DNA from: Uliginosibacterium gangwonense
Lineage (GTDB): Bacteria > Pseudomonadota > Gammaproteobacteria > Burkholderiales > Rhodocyclaceae
NCBI GenBank assembly: GCA_020723855.1
Contig: DYIB01000001.1
Span: 1-62,407, forward strand
Length of the DNA: 62,407 bases
Direction: 5' to 3'
In this document: positions 27,861 through 38,732 of the stretch, one piece after another
How the letters are laid out: every line of letters begins with the position of its first letter
Numbering within the stretch: the stretch's first letter is position 1
Program-made: the position numbers and the translations under genes
The notes under the pieces: model-generated
Told to the model about the DNA's origin: nothing
The model's input: only the letters and a program-made list of their open reading frames with translations
The model's database searches: none

Positions 27861-28997
27861 ATGAGCGGATTGTTCGACCAGTTCAAAACGTGGTACGAAA
27901 AGCGCCACGATTATGCGCGGGCCTGGAAGGCGCGCACCGGCGGCCAGGTGGTGGCCACCATGTGCACCTATACGCCCGAGGAAATCCTGATCGCCGCCGG
28001 CATGCTGCCGGTGCGCGTGCTGGGAGCCCATGAGCCCCAGAACGTGACCGAGCCCCATATCTTCGGCATGTTCTGCCCCTTCTGCCGCGACTCGCTCGCC
28101 CAGGGGCTGCTCGGCCGCTTCGACTACGCCGAGGGGATCACCCTGACGCAATCCTGTATCCAGTATCGCCAGGCCTTCAATTCCTGGCGCGCCCACGTGC
28201 CGACGGTCAAGTGGGATTACTACCTGCCCATGCCCAACGAAGTGCAGTCGCGCTTCGCACGCGCCCAGCACTATGCGGAAGTCAAGAAATTCCGCCAGTT
28301 CATCGAGGGCGTGATCGGCCGGCCCCTGCCGGATGCGGAGCTGAAGCGCGGCATCGAGATCGTCAACGAGAACCGGCGCCTGCTGCGCGAGCTGTTCGAG
28401 TACCGCAAGGAGACCAACCCGCGCGTGACCGGCGTGGAGGCGCTGTATGCCTCCATCACCGCCCAGTTCGTGGACAAGGAAGAGCACAACAAGGAACTGA
28501 AGCGCGTGCTGGCCGAGCTGCCCAAGCGGTCGAACGACCGGCCGGAGGGCATCCGCTTCATGACCATCGGCTCGGAGAACGACGACGTGGCCTTCATGGC
28601 CATGGTGGAGTCGGTCGGCGCGACCATCGTCATCGACGACCAGTGCTCGGGCACCCGCTACTTCTGGAACGAGGCGCGCGTCCAGGACGACGCAATCGCC
28701 ACCATCGCCGACCGCTACTGCGAGCGCCCGGCCTGCCCGACCAAGGACTACCCGGCCCATACCCGTTTCGACCACGTGCTGAAACTGGCCAAGGACTACA
28801 ACGCCCGCGCCGCCATTTTCCTGCAGCAGAAGTTCTGTGATCCGCACGAGGGCGACTACCCGGATCTGAAGCGGCACCTGGAGGCGAACGGCGTGCCCAC
28901 GCTATTCTTGGAGTTCGATATCACGAATCCGCTGGGACCGTTCCGTATCCGCGTCGAGGCCTTCCTCGAAACCCTGCGCGAAGAAGAGCTGTTCTGA
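27861..28997 (+). CDS. bzdN: Benzoyl-CoA reductase (class I, ATP-dependent, Azoarcus type) gamma subunit
   Basis: 378 aa. BcrC/HgdB-family sequence ([30 protein letters not shown]). First gene of an N-O-P-Q-ferredoxin order. Confidence 0.9.
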   Translation: MSGLFDQFKTWYEKRHDYARAWKARTGGQVVATMCTYTPEEILIAAGMLPVRVLGAHEPQNVTEPHIFGMFCPFCRDSLAQGLLGRFDYAEGITLTQSCIQYRQAFNSWRAHVPTVKWDYYLPMPNEVQSRFARAQHYAEVKKFRQFIEGVIGRPLPDAELKRGIEIVNENRRLLRELFEYRKETNPRVTGVEALYASITAQFVDKEEHNKELKRVLAELPKRSNDRPEGIRFMTIGSENDDVAFMAMVESVGATIVIDDQCSGTRYFWNEARVQDDAIATIADRYCERPACPTKDYPAHTRFDHVLKLAKDYNARAAIFLQQKFCDPHEGDYPDLKRHLEANGVPTLFLEFDITNPLGPFRIRVEAFLETLREEELF

Positions 28998-29017
28998 CGA
29001 GATTACAAGGAGCAAAG

Positions 29018-30334
29018 ATGGCACCGAACAAGTACCCCACCGAGCCGCTCAAGTGCTGGAAGAAGGCCAAGGAGCTGCGCGAGCAGTATTACATCAACTA
29101 CGCACGCGCCAAGGACAACGGCGGCCTGCGCTGGTCCGGCTCGGCCTGGGCCCTGGACGCGATCCCCGCCGGCCTGGGCCGGGACGTGTACTCCCTGACC
29201 GGCGAGCCCTACGGCGCCACCATCGCCGTGGACAAGAAGTTCAACAAGGAGTGCCAGGACGCGGCCGAATCCTACGGCTTCGCGCGCGACCTGTGCGCCT
29301 ACATGCGCACCTACTGGGGCTCGATCATTCTCAACAAGTATCCCTTCGGCGGCGAGTTTCCCAAGCCGGATTTCAACTTCCAGACCCAGATCTGCTGTTC
29401 CCACGCCAAATGGTACCAGGCCGCGGCCAGGCTGGAGCACGGCACGCCGACGTTCTTCATCGACGTGTCGGTCGGGCCCTACAAGGAACTCACCGAGGAG
29501 CGTCTGGACTACGTCACCAACCAGGGCCTGGAAGCCTGCGAATGGCTGGAGAAGACCACCGGCCGCAAGTTCGACGACGGGCTGTTCATCGAGGCGGTGA
29601 AGAACGAGATGCGCTCCACCTCCCTGTGGGCCGCCATCTGCGCCGAGAACAAGGCCGTGCCGGCGCCCCTGGACGAGAAGACCATGTACTCGCTGTACGT
29701 GCTGGCGACGCTGTCCAAGTCGTCCAAGTGGTGCGCCGACTTCTACCAGGAGTGCCTGGACGAGGTGCGCGACCGGGTCAAGCGCGGCATCGCCGCCGTG
29801 CCCAACGAGCGCTGCCGTGTCATGTCCGACACCCAGCCGCCCTGGGGCTTCCTCAAGATCTTCCGCTACCTGGAGGAGTTCGGCGCCGTCTCCATCGGCT
29901 CCCTCTACACCTTCGGCCTGGAAGGCATCTGGGAAACCAAGCCCGACGGCACCTGGGGCCCGCGCACCGTGCCCTGGGAGTCCGGGATCGAGATGCGCAC
30001 CCGCGAGCAGGCGATGCGCCTCTATTGTGACTGGAACCTGTCCAAGCCCCAGTGGCAGCACTTCTACGATCCGCGCCTGAAGACCGAGATGATGAAGACC
30101 ATCGTCAAGGAGTGGAAGGTGGACGGCGTGATGCTGCATCTCAACCGCGGCTGCGAGGGTCTCAGCCTGGGCATCATGGAAAACCGCCTGGGGCTGGCCG
30201 CCGCCGGCATCCCGGTGATGACCTTCGAGGGCAACATGGGCGACGAGCGCGAGTTCGACCTGGTGCGCACGCAGAATCGGGTCGATTCCTTCATGGAGAC
30301 CCTGGGCCTGAAGCGCGACTTCGCCCATGCCTAG
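29018..30334 (+). CDS. bzdO: Benzoyl-CoA reductase beta subunit
   Basis: 438 aa. BcrB/HgdA family ([22 protein letters not shown]). AAGGAG SD. Confidence 0.9.
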   Translation: MAPNKYPTEPLKCWKKAKELREQYYINYARAKDNGGLRWSGSAWALDAIPAGLGRDVYSLTGEPYGATIAVDKKFNKECQDAAESYGFARDLCAYMRTYWGSIILNKYPFGGEFPKPDFNFQTQICCSHAKWYQAAARLEHGTPTFFIDVSVGPYKELTEERLDYVTNQGLEACEWLEKTTGRKFDDGLFIEAVKNEMRSTSLWAAICAENKAVPAPLDEKTMYSLYVLATLSKSSKWCADFYQECLDEVRDRVKRGIAAVPNERCRVMSDTQPPWGFLKIFRYLEEFGAVSIGSLYTFGLEGIWETKPDGTWGPRTVPWESGIEMRTREQAMRLYCDWNLSKPQWQHFYDPRLKTEMMKTIVKEWKVDGVMLHLNRGCEGLSLGIMENRLGLAAAGIPVMTFEGNMGDEREFDLVRTQNRVDSFMETLGLKRDFAHA

Positions 30335-30352
30335 TTTTACAGGAGGAAAGAA

Positions 30353-31162
30353 ATGATTACCGCTGGCATCGACATGGGCTCCCGCACCGTCAAGGTGGTG
30401 TTCCTGGAAGAGCTCAAGGTGGACGGCGCCCCGCAACTGAAATGGGGCGTCAAAGGAAAACACATCATGTTCCCGGAGGATCTTGATGCCGATCAGGCCG
30501 CCGAGAAAGCTTTCAACGAGGCCCTGCAGGCGTCGGGTATCGCGCGCGAGCAGGTCAGGCGTGTCGTCGCCACCGGCGCCGGCCGCAAGCAGGTGAAGTT
30601 TGCCCATGAGGACGTCACCGAGGTGTCCGCCGGAGCCAAAGGCACGGTGTTCATGTGCCCGAGCGCCCGCACCGTGATCGACGTGGGTGCGGAGGAAGGG
30701 CGCGGCATCAAGACGGACGCTGACGGCAAGGTGGTGGATTTCGCCGGCAACGAGAAGTGCGCCGCAGGCGCCGGTGCCTTCGCCGAGTCCATGTCGCGCG
30801 CGCTGCAGTTGTCCCTGAAGGAATTCGGCGAAGCCAGCCTGCGCTCCGACAAGACCATCCCGATGAACGCGCAATGCACGGTGTTTGCCGAATCGGAGGT
30901 GGTGTCGCTGATCCACTCCTCGACGCCGAAGGAGGATATCGCAAAAGCGGTGCTCGACGCCGTGGCCAGCCGCGTGACGGCGATGGCGCGGCGCGTGGGT
31001 ATCGAGGGTGAGGTCGCCCTGATCGGCGGCATGGTGCACAACGTCGGCTTCGTGCAGTCGCTGAAAACGGCGCTCGGCGTGGATAACATGCTGTTGCCCG
31101 ATATGCCCGAGTATGTTTCCGCCCTAGGCGCCGCGCTGATCGCGACCGAAGGCAAAGCCTAA
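30353..31162 (+). CDS. bzdP: Benzoyl-CoA reductase delta subunit (BcrD/HgdC-type ATPase)
   Basis: 269 aa. MITAGIDMGSRTVK acetate/sugar-kinase fold. Cluster-bridging Cys contexts EKCAAGAGAF and AQCTVFAESE. Confidence 0.9.
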   Translation: MITAGIDMGSRTVKVVFLEELKVDGAPQLKWGVKGKHIMFPEDLDADQAAEKAFNEALQASGIAREQVRRVVATGAGRKQVKFAHEDVTEVSAGAKGTVFMCPSARTVIDVGAEEGRGIKTDADGKVVDFAGNEKCAAGAGAFAESMSRALQLSLKEFGEASLRSDKTIPMNAQCTVFAESEVVSLIHSSTPKEDIAKAVLDAVASRVTAMARRVGIEGEVALIGGMVHNVGFVQSLKTALGVDNMLLPDMPEYVSALGAALIATEGKA

Positions 31163-31178
31163 CCCGTAGGAGACCGCA

Positions 31179-32081
31179 ATGGCTGAGACCGCAGGTGAAA
31201 AGAAGGAATACTGGCGCTGGCAGGAGAACTGCTGGATCGATGAGTCCAAGAATTGGCGCGACGCCAAGATCATTACCGCGGGTATCGACGTCGGTTCGGT
31301 GAGCTCCCAGGCGGTGATCGTGTGCGACGGCGGGCTGTACGGCTTCAACAGCATGCGCACCGGCAACAACAGCCCCGACTCGGCGAAGAACGCCATCAAT
31401 GGCGTACTGGAAAAGTCGGGCATGAAGCTGGAGGACATTCATTACGTCGTCGGCACCGGCTACGGCCGGGTGAACGTGCCCTTCGCCCACAAGGCCATCA
31501 CCGAGATCGCCTGTCATGCGCGCGGCGCCAACTATATGGGCGGAAGCCAGATCCGCACGATACTCGACATGGGCGGCCAGGACTGCAAGGCCATCCACTG
31601 CGACGAGAAGGGCAAGGTCACCAACTTCCTGATGAACGACAAGTGCGCCGCCGGCACCGGGCGCGGCATGGAGGTGATCGCCGACCTGATGCAGATCCCC
31701 ATCGCCGAGCTGGGGCCGCGCTCATTTGATGTCGATGAGGAGCCGCCGGCGGTCTCCTCGACGTGCGTGGTGTTCGCCAAGTCGGAAGCGCTCGCCCTGC
31801 TCAAGGCCGGCTACTCCAAGAACAAGGTGATCGCCGCCTACTGCCAGGCCATGGCCGAGCGCGTGGTCTCCCTGCTGGAGCGCATCGGCGTGGAGAAGGA
31901 GTTCTTCATCACCGGCGGCATCGCCAAGAACCCGGGCGTGGTGAAGCGCATCGAGCGGCTGCTGGGCCTGCAGGCGGTGCAGACCAAGTACGACAGCCAG
32001 ATCGCCGGCGCGCTGGGCGCCGCGCTGTTCGGCTACACCCTGGTGCAGAAGCAGGGCGTGCCCAACAAGGCGGCCGCCTAG
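31179..32081 (+). CDS. bzdQ: Benzoyl-CoA reductase alpha subunit (ATPase)
   Basis: 300 aa. IITAGIDVGSVSSQ, DKCAAGTGRG and STCVVFAKSE. Has an N-terminal extension of about 30 aa. Confidence 0.9.
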   Translation: MAETAGEKKEYWRWQENCWIDESKNWRDAKIITAGIDVGSVSSQAVIVCDGGLYGFNSMRTGNNSPDSAKNAINGVLEKSGMKLEDIHYVVGTGYGRVNVPFAHKAITEIACHARGANYMGGSQIRTILDMGGQDCKAIHCDEKGKVTNFLMNDKCAAGTGRGMEVIADLMQIPIAELGPRSFDVDEEPPAVSSTCVVFAKSEALALLKAGYSKNKVIAAYCQAMAERVVSLLERIGVEKEFFITGGIAKNPGVVKRIERLLGLQAVQTKYDSQIAGALGAALFGYTLVQKQGVPNKAAA

Positions 32082-32197
32082 GACGCCCGAAAGATCCCGA
32101 AGCTCCGGCCCGTGCCGGTCATCCTCTCCCGCCGAGGCGGGCCGGAGTCGAGGGGTCCCCGAATTCCACGCCCGTTGCGGGTGAAAGGAAACGAGCC

Positions 32198-32482
32198 ATG
32201 ATCGCAAACTACGGCTACAAGGACGGCTCCGGCGAGTATTACATTAGCATAGACACCGACAAGTGCATCGTCTGCGAAGCCGGCCGCGCCTGTCTCGGTG
32301 CCTGTCCCAAGGGCATGTTCGAGATCATCAGCGACGACTACGACGACGAGGTGGCGGCGGTGAAGCAGCAGTTCCGCCGCTCGCTCGCCTTCGATTGCGC
32401 CCAGTGCAAGCCGGCCGGCGGCTATACCACCCTGCCGTGCGTCTCCGCCTGCACCCCTGGCGCCATCAAGCATTCCTGGTAG
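32198..32482 (+). CDS. bzdM: 2x[4Fe-4S] ferredoxin, electron donor to benzoyl-CoA reductase
   Basis: 94 aa starting at MIANYGYKDG (ATG 32198, GAAAGGAAA upstream). Cys motifs CIVCEAGRACLGACP and CAQC...CVSACTP. Confidence 0.8.
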   Translation: MIANYGYKDGSGEYYISIDTDKCIVCEAGRACLGACPKGMFEIISDDYDDEVAAVKQQFRRSLAFDCAQCKPAGGYTTLPCVSACTPGAIKHSW

Positions 32483-32484
32483 CC

Positions 32485-32766
32485 ATGGTCAGGATCCCGC
32501 TGAAAGTCGTCAAGGGCGGCCGCGAAGCGGAGCTGCTGGCCGCGGGTTGGATCAAGCAAACCACGATAGGCGAGCCGCGCCTGTCGGAGATCGTGGAGAA
32601 CTACCGCAGCCTGGGCTACGAGGTGCATGTCGTCGAGCACGTCGAGCAGACGGACGGCGGCTGCAACACCTGCTTCGACGCCGGCAAGGAAATGGGGCAG
32701 GTATACGGCGACGTGTACGTGCGCAAGGGCCAGGGCGTCAAGCCCGCGGAAGATGATTTGTTTTGA
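32485..32766 (+). CDS. Conserved-looking 93-aa protein of unknown function, coupled to bzdM
   Basis: ATG lies 2 nt after the bzdM stop. Non-repetitive globular-looking sequence with a single GGCNTCF motif. I recognise no family. Confidence 0.55.
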   Translation: MVRIPLKVVKGGREAELLAAGWIKQTTIGEPRLSEIVENYRSLGYEVHVVEHVEQTDGGCNTCFDAGKEMGQVYGDVYVRKGQGVKPAEDDLF

Positions 32767-32787
32767 AGCTCACCTAGGAGAAGCGTG

Positions 32788-33240
32788 ATGCCGAGCGGAA
32801 CACCGAAAATGCGCGTAATGAAGCGCCAGGACCTGGACGCGGTGGTGGCCATCGATCGCCTGGTGTCCGGGCAGGAGCGGCGCGAGTATTACCAGCGCAA
32901 GATAGAATCGATGCTGAACAACCAGCACAACATCAACTCGTCCCTGGTGGCCGAGGAGGGCGGCCGCATCGTCGGCTTCATCATGGGCGACGTGTACTTC
33001 GGCGAATACGGCATTCCCGAAACCACCGCCACCATCGATACCCTTGGCGTGCATCCGGAGTATCAGAAGCACGGCGTGGCGAGCGATTTGCTGGACCAGT
33101 TCGTCACCAACATGAAGGGCTTCGGGGTGAGGAAGATCTATACCCTGGTCAACTGGGACGACTTTTCGCTGGAACGCTTCTTCTCCCGCCACAAGTTCGT
33201 TCCGTCCAAGCGCATCAATCTGGAGCTGGCGCTTCCGTGA
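32788..33240 (+). CDS. GNAT-family N-acetyltransferase
   Basis: 150 aa. Motif A region LGVHPEYQKHGVASDLL. AGGAGA lies 7 nt before the ATG at 32788; the track ORF starts at the GTG at 32785. Confidence 0.8.
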   Translation: MPSGTPKMRVMKRQDLDAVVAIDRLVSGQERREYYQRKIESMLNNQHNINSSLVAEEGGRIVGFIMGDVYFGEYGIPETTATIDTLGVHPEYQKHGVASDLLDQFVTNMKGFGVRKIYTLVNWDDFSLERFFSRHKFVPSKRINLELALP

Positions 33241-33244
33241 GTGC

Positions 33245-33892
33245 ATGTGGATCGACACCCACTGCCACACCAAGTATTCCTACGACAACTGGCTGGAGCC
33301 GCTCGATCTGATTCGGCGCGCGCGTGCCATCGGCCTGGACGGCATCGTGGTCACCGAGCACCATTCCTACGAGGCTTCCGCACCGGTGGAGGCGATCGGC
33401 CGGGAGGAGGGCCTGCTGGTGCTGCGCGGCGTGGAGATCTCCACCGACAAGGGCCATTTGCTGGCCTACGGCGTCCGCGACGACGGCTGGAACATCTGGG
33501 GGCGGGACAACTACCTGCCCATGGAGGCGGTGATCGAGCGGCTGACAGACCTTGGCGCGATCTGCGTGCCGGCCCATCCGTTCCGCGAGATGGGCGCCTG
33601 CAGCCTGCTGGAAGGGCTGTTTGACCTGAAGGGAATCGCCGCGGTGGAGACCCACAACGGCGGCAATCGGGAGGCGGACAATGATCTGGCGATCGTCGCG
33701 GCCGGCCATCTGGGCCTTCCCGCCCTGGGCGGCAGCGACTGTCACAAGGCGGCGGCAGCGGGCCGTTGCGCCACTTACTTTTCCGTGCCGGTGAACGACA
33801 TGGCCGGGTTCATCGCGGCCGTCAGGCAGGGCGCCTGCCGCGCCCATTATTACCCGGGATTCGGCACAGGAGACGCAGGGCGCGCCCCATGA
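33245..33892 (+). CDS. PHP-domain metal-dependent phosphoesterase
   Basis: 215 aa. IDTHCHT, VVTEHH, GVEIS, PAHP and GGSDCH metal-ligand motifs of the PHP superfamily. Confidence 0.8.
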   Translation: MWIDTHCHTKYSYDNWLEPLDLIRRARAIGLDGIVVTEHHSYEASAPVEAIGREEGLLVLRGVEISTDKGHLLAYGVRDDGWNIWGRDNYLPMEAVIERLTDLGAICVPAHPFREMGACSLLEGLFDLKGIAAVETHNGGNREADNDLAIVAAGHLGLPALGGSDCHKAAAAGRCATYFSVPVNDMAGFIAAVRQGACRAHYYPGFGTGDAGRAP

Positions 33893-33907
33893 CGGCCCCG
33901 CGCCGGA

Positions 33908-34357
33908 TCAGGCTACGGCCCGCTCCACGGGCTCGTTCAGCACCAGCCAGTACAGCCCGAGCTGGCCGACGGCATAGATGAACTTCTCGAAGTCCACCGG
34001 CTTGCGGATGTAGCTGTTGGCGCCCAGGCTGTAGCCTTCGAAGATGTCCTGCTGTTCCTTGGAGGTGGTGAGGATGACGACCGGCAGCAGGCCGGTGCGC
34101 TCGTCGGCTCGCACCCGGCGCAGCACTTCCAGGCCGTCGATGCGCGGCAGTTTGAGATCCAGCAGAATCACCGCGGGCATCAGGGTCAGGTCGCGGCCCG
34201 TGTGGCTGCCCATCCCGAAAAGATAATCCAAGGCCTCGACGCCGTCGCGGGCCACCACCACGGGATTGGAGATGCGGTTCTTGTTGAACGCACGCAGAGT
34301 GAGCGCTTCGTCGTCGGGGTTGTCCTCGACAAGCAGAATTGGCCTTCCTGTTGTCAT
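33908..34357 (-). CDS. Single-domain (CheY-like) response regulator
   Basis: 149 aa starting at MTTGRPILLVEDNPDD. Phospho-acceptor region ILLDLKLP, TTS and conserved K (YIRKP). The track ORF fuses it to the upstream kinase remnant. Confidence 0.8.
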   Translation of the reverse strand: MTTGRPILLVEDNPDDEALTLRAFNKNRISNPVVVARDGVEALDYLFGMGSHTGRDLTLMPAVILLDLKLPRIDGLEVLRRVRADERTGLLPVVILTTSKEQQDIFEGYSLGANSYIRKPVDFEKFIYAVGQLGLYWLVLNEPVERAVA

Positions 34358-34638
34358 GATTCCCTTTACGCGAGAGTAAAGCGGAAAGTTGTACCTTGCT
34401 CGATCGCCGATCGTCTCGTACAAAATACACTGGCCTGCCCTCCTGATGCAAGATGCGAGCTCCATGCCGGCGGTTTGGTGTTTCGCCGTGAACGTCCACG
34501 CGTTGCGCAGCAGGTTGCCGAGCGCGATGCTCAATAGATTCGGATCGCCCATGGCCTCCATCCCGGGCGCGATGGTGATGACCACTTGGCGCTCGGGACG
34601 GTCACGGACAATCCGCGTCGCGCGTGCCGCATTGCCGC
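34358..34638 (-). pseudogene. Remnant of a sensor histidine kinase (HATPase_c N-box region only); truncated at both ends and frameshifted
   Basis: Reads ...RDRPERQVVITIAPGMEAMGDPNLLSIALGNLLRNAWTFTAKH (N-box). The expected G1 box (VYFVRD...) appears only in another frame. H-box/DHp and G2 box are absent. The 5' end abuts the prmB stop. Confidence 0.55.
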
Positions 34639-35517
34639 CTAGGGCAGTTGCTCGCGCCGCAGCAGGAATACCTTGTCCGCGCCTCCCGCCGTCTCCAGCC
34701 AGGTGAATTCGAGGCCGGGGAAGGCAGCCTCGGCGAAGGGCCGGTTGTCCCCCACCTCGACCACCAGGATGCCGCCGGGCTTGAGGTGCCGGGCGGCCGC
34801 GGCCAGTATGCGTCTGACGATGTCCATGCCGTCGTCACCGGCCGCCAGCGCCATATCGGGCTCGTGCCGGTATTCTTGAGGCAGTTGCGCCATGGCCGCG
34901 CCGGTGACGTAAGGCGGATTGGAGACGATGACGTCGTAGCGACGGCCTTCCAGGGCGGCGAACAGATCCGACTGGAGCAGCTCGATGCGCTGTTCCAGGC
35001 CGTAGTCAGCCACGTTGCGCCGGGCCACTTCCAGGGCGCCGGCCGACAGGTCCACCGCATCCACCCGGGCCTGGGGAAAGGCATGGACGAGCAGGATGGC
35101 CAGGCAGCCGGAGCCGGTGCACAAGTCCAGGGCGTCCGTCACCGCGCCGGGGTCGGCGATCCAGGGCGCCAGGCCCTCCTGGATCAGCTCGGCGATGTGG
35201 GAGCGGGGGACGATCACACGCTGGTCCACGTAGAAGCGGAAATCGCCCAGCCATGCTTCGCGGGTGAGGTAGGCCGCCGGCATCCGCTCCGTGATGCGAC
35301 GGGCGATGACATCCAGCACTTTCCTCCGCTCCTGCGTCGTCAGGCGCGCGTCCAGGAAGGGCTCTAGGCGCGCCAATGGCAGGTGCAGGGTGTGCAGGTT
35401 CAGGTAGACGGCCTCGTCGTAGGCGTTGTCGGTGCCGTGGCCGAAGGCGAGGCCGGCCTCGTTGAAACGGCTCACGGCGTAGCGCAGAAAGTCGCGCAGG
35501 GTGACCAGGCTCTCCAT
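34639..35517 (-). CDS. prmB: 50S ribosomal protein L3 N5-glutamine methyltransferase
   Basis: 292 aa. SAM motif LDLCTGSGCL and NPPY catalytic motif. N-terminal region typical of PrmB. Confidence 0.85.
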   Translation of the reverse strand: MESLVTLRDFLRYAVSRFNEAGLAFGHGTDNAYDEAVYLNLHTLHLPLARLEPFLDARLTTQERRKVLDVIARRITERMPAAYLTREAWLGDFRFYVDQRVIVPRSHIAELIQEGLAPWIADPGAVTDALDLCTGSGCLAILLVHAFPQARVDAVDLSAGALEVARRNVADYGLEQRIELLQSDLFAALEGRRYDVIVSNPPYVTGAAMAQLPQEYRHEPDMALAAGDDGMDIVRRILAAAARHLKPGGILVVEVGDNRPFAEAAFPGLEFTWLETAGGADKVFLLRREQLP

Positions 35518-35526
35518 CCGTGCCTT

Positions 35527-36672
<1,146 letters not shown>

Positions 36673-37845
36673 TCAGCCGGCGTCGTCCAGGTTCAGGGTG
36701 AATTCCCGGAACGAGGCGCCGTTGGAGTTTTCGAATTCCAGGGAGGGTGCGCTGGGTTTGGACGCGGGTTCGCCGCCCGGCGCACTGAACTGGGAATTGT
36801 TGATGAGCCAGGACAGGTTGGTGGGCGAGTCGGCGTTGGCCAGGGCCTCTTCCAGGGTGATGACGTTCTCGCGGTAGAGGCGGAACAAGTCCTGCTCGAA
36901 AGTCTGGGAGCCCGGCGCCAGGCTTTGCTCCATGGCTTCCTTGATGGCGTTGACCTCGCCCTTCTCGATCAGCTCCTGGATGTGGCGCGTGTTGAGCAGG
37001 ATCTCCACCGCCGGCATGCGCTTGCCGTCGGGCTTCTTCACCAGCCGCTGGGAAATGATGCCGCGCAGGCTGGCCGCCAGGTCGAGATACAGGGCGGGGC
37101 GGTTCTCCAGCGGGAAGAAGTTGATGATGCGGTTGAGGGCGTGATAGCTGTTGTTGGCGTGCAGCGTGGCCAGGCACAGGTGCCCGGTCTGGGCGTAGGC
37201 CAGGGCGGCGCTCATGGTCTCCTTGTCGCGGATCTCGCCGATCAGGATGCAGTCGGGCGCCTGGCGCATGGCGTTCTTGAGGGCGTTCTCCCAGCTCTTG
37301 GTGTCCAGGCCGATCTCGCGCTGGTTGACCACCGACTTCTTGTGCTTGAACAAGTACTCGATGGGGTCCTCGACGGTCAGGATGTGGCCGGTACGGTTGG
37401 CATTGCGGTGGTCCAGCATGGCGGCGATGGTGGTGGACTTGCCGGAGCCCGTCGATCCCACCACCAGCACCAGGCCGCGCCTCTCCATGATGATCTCCGC
37501 CAGGATGGCGGGCAGGGACAGTTCCTCCAGCTTGGGGATCTCGCCCTGGATGAAGCGCACTACGATGCCGATGCTGTTGCGCTGCCAGAACATGTTGACG
37601 CGGAAATTGCCCACGTCGCGCACGCCGATGGAGATGTTGATCTCCTTCTCCTGCTCGAAGTGGCGGATCTGCTCCGGCGTCAGCATCTCGTAGGCCATGT
37701 GCCGGATCACCTCCGGCGCCATGATCTGCTGGTTGATGGGCAGGGTGTTGCCCTGGATCTTGATGTGAATGGGGGCGCCGGCGGAGACGAAGATGTCCGA
37801 CGCCTTCTTTTCCGCCATCAACTGGAACAGCTTGTCGAAGATCAC
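36673..37845 (-). CDS. pilU: PilT/PilU-family type IV pilus retraction ATPase (PilU-like)
   Basis: 390 aa. Collinear with PilU (MIFDKLFQLMAEKKASDIFV; Walker A GSTGSGKST; GHLCLATLHANN). GTG start. C-terminal tail of about 40 aa rich in Ser/Pro/acidic residues. Confidence 0.8.
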   Translation of the reverse strand: MIFDKLFQLMAEKKASDIFVSAGAPIHIKIQGNTLPINQQIMAPEVIRHMAYEMLTPEQIRHFEQEKEINISIGVRDVGNFRVNMFWQRNSIGIVVRFIQGEIPKLEELSLPAILAEIIMERRGLVLVVGSTGSGKSTTIAAMLDHRNANRTGHILTVEDPIEYLFKHKKSVVNQREIGLDTKSWENALKNAMRQAPDCILIGEIRDKETMSAALAYAQTGHLCLATLHANNSYHALNRIINFFPLENRPALYLDLAASLRGIISQRLVKKPDGKRMPAVEILLNTRHIQELIEKGEVNAIKEAMEQSLAPGSQTFEQDLFRLYRENVITLEEALANADSPTNLSWLINNSQFSAPGGEPASKPSAPSLEFENSNGASFREFTLNLDDAG

Positions 37846-37860
37846 GCCACCCCCACTCGA

Positions 37861-37895
37861 ACGTTAAACGTTAAACCTTAAACGTCAAACGTCTC
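37861..37895. repeat. Five tandem heptamers (ACGTTAA ACGTTAA ACCTTAA ACGTCAA ACGTCTC)
   Basis: Read directly. Occupies most of the 48-bp spacer between the dapD stop (37894-37896) and the pilU GTG (37845). AT-rich relative to its surroundings. Confidence 0.7.
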
Positions 37896-38715
37896 AAGCC
37901 CCGCGCAGCAGCTCGTTGATGCCCACCTTGGCGCGGGTCTTGGCATCGACCCGCTTGACGATGACGGCGCAGTAGAGGCTGTACTTGCCGTCGGCCGAGG
38001 GCAGGTTGCCGGACACCACCACCGAACCGGCGGGGATGCGGCCGTAGCTGACTTCGCCCGTCTCGCGGTCGTAGATCTTGGTGCTCTGGCCGATGTACAC
38101 ACCCATGGAGATGACCGAATTCTCCTCGACGATCACGCCCTCGACTATCTCGGAGCGGGCGCCGATGAAGCAGTTGTCCTCGATGATGGTCGGATTGGCC
38201 TGCAGCGGTTCCAGCACGCCGCCGATGCCCACGCCGCCGGACAGATGCACATTCTTGCCGATCTGGGCGCAGGAACCCACCGTGGCCCAGGTATCGACCA
38301 TGGTGCCCTCGTCCACGTAGGCGCCGATGTTCACGTAGGAGGGCATGAGCACGGCATTGCGGGCGATGAAGGCGCCGCGCCGCGCCGTGGCCGGCGGCAC
38401 CACGCGGAAGCCGCCGCGCTCGAACTGCTCGCGGTCGTACTTGGCGAACTTGAGCGGCACCTTGTCGAAATACTTGGTGTCCCCGGCGCCCATGATGCGG
38501 TTCTCTTCGAGGCGGAAGGACAGCAGCACCGCCTTCTTGATCCACTGGTGGGTCACCCATTCGCCGCCGATCTTCTCGGCTACGCGCAGCTTGCCCCGGT
38601 CGAGCAGGTTGAGCACGTGCTCCACGGCCTCGCCGAGCTTGGCGGGCGCGACTGCGGGCTGGATGTTGGCGCGGTCCTCCCACGCTTGTTCGATGATTTG
38701 CTGAAATTCCTGCAT
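37894..38715 (-). CDS. dapD: 2,3,4,5-tetrahydropyridine-2,6-dicarboxylate N-succinyltransferase
   Basis: 273 aa. Hexapeptide-repeat beta-helix and an N-terminal region typical of DapD. Confidence 0.9.
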   Translation of the reverse strand: MQEFQQIIEQAWEDRANIQPAVAPAKLGEAVEHVLNLLDRGKLRVAEKIGGEWVTHQWIKKAVLLSFRLEENRIMGAGDTKYFDKVPLKFAKYDREQFERGGFRVVPPATARRGAFIARNAVLMPSYVNIGAYVDEGTMVDTWATVGSCAQIGKNVHLSGGVGIGGVLEPLQANPTIIEDNCFIGARSEIVEGVIVEENSVISMGVYIGQSTKIYDRETGEVSYGRIPAGSVVVSGNLPSADGKYSLYCAVIVKRVDAKTRAKVGINELLRGA

Positions 38716-38732
38716 GGCGTTCTTCTAGAAGG

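Noticed and set aside
33908-34585. 225-aa ORF read as one kinase-regulator hybrid protein
   Set aside because: The N-terminal 76 residues are only an N-box fragment of a kinase. The receiver domain starts at its own Met (34357). This is better explained as a pseudogene remnant plus an intact regulator.
34600-34700. Searched the island edges for an integrase, IS transposase, tRNA or direct repeats that would show mobile-element insertion
   Set aside because: None is present inside the window. The left edge of the island is not covered, so mobility can be neither asserted nor excluded.
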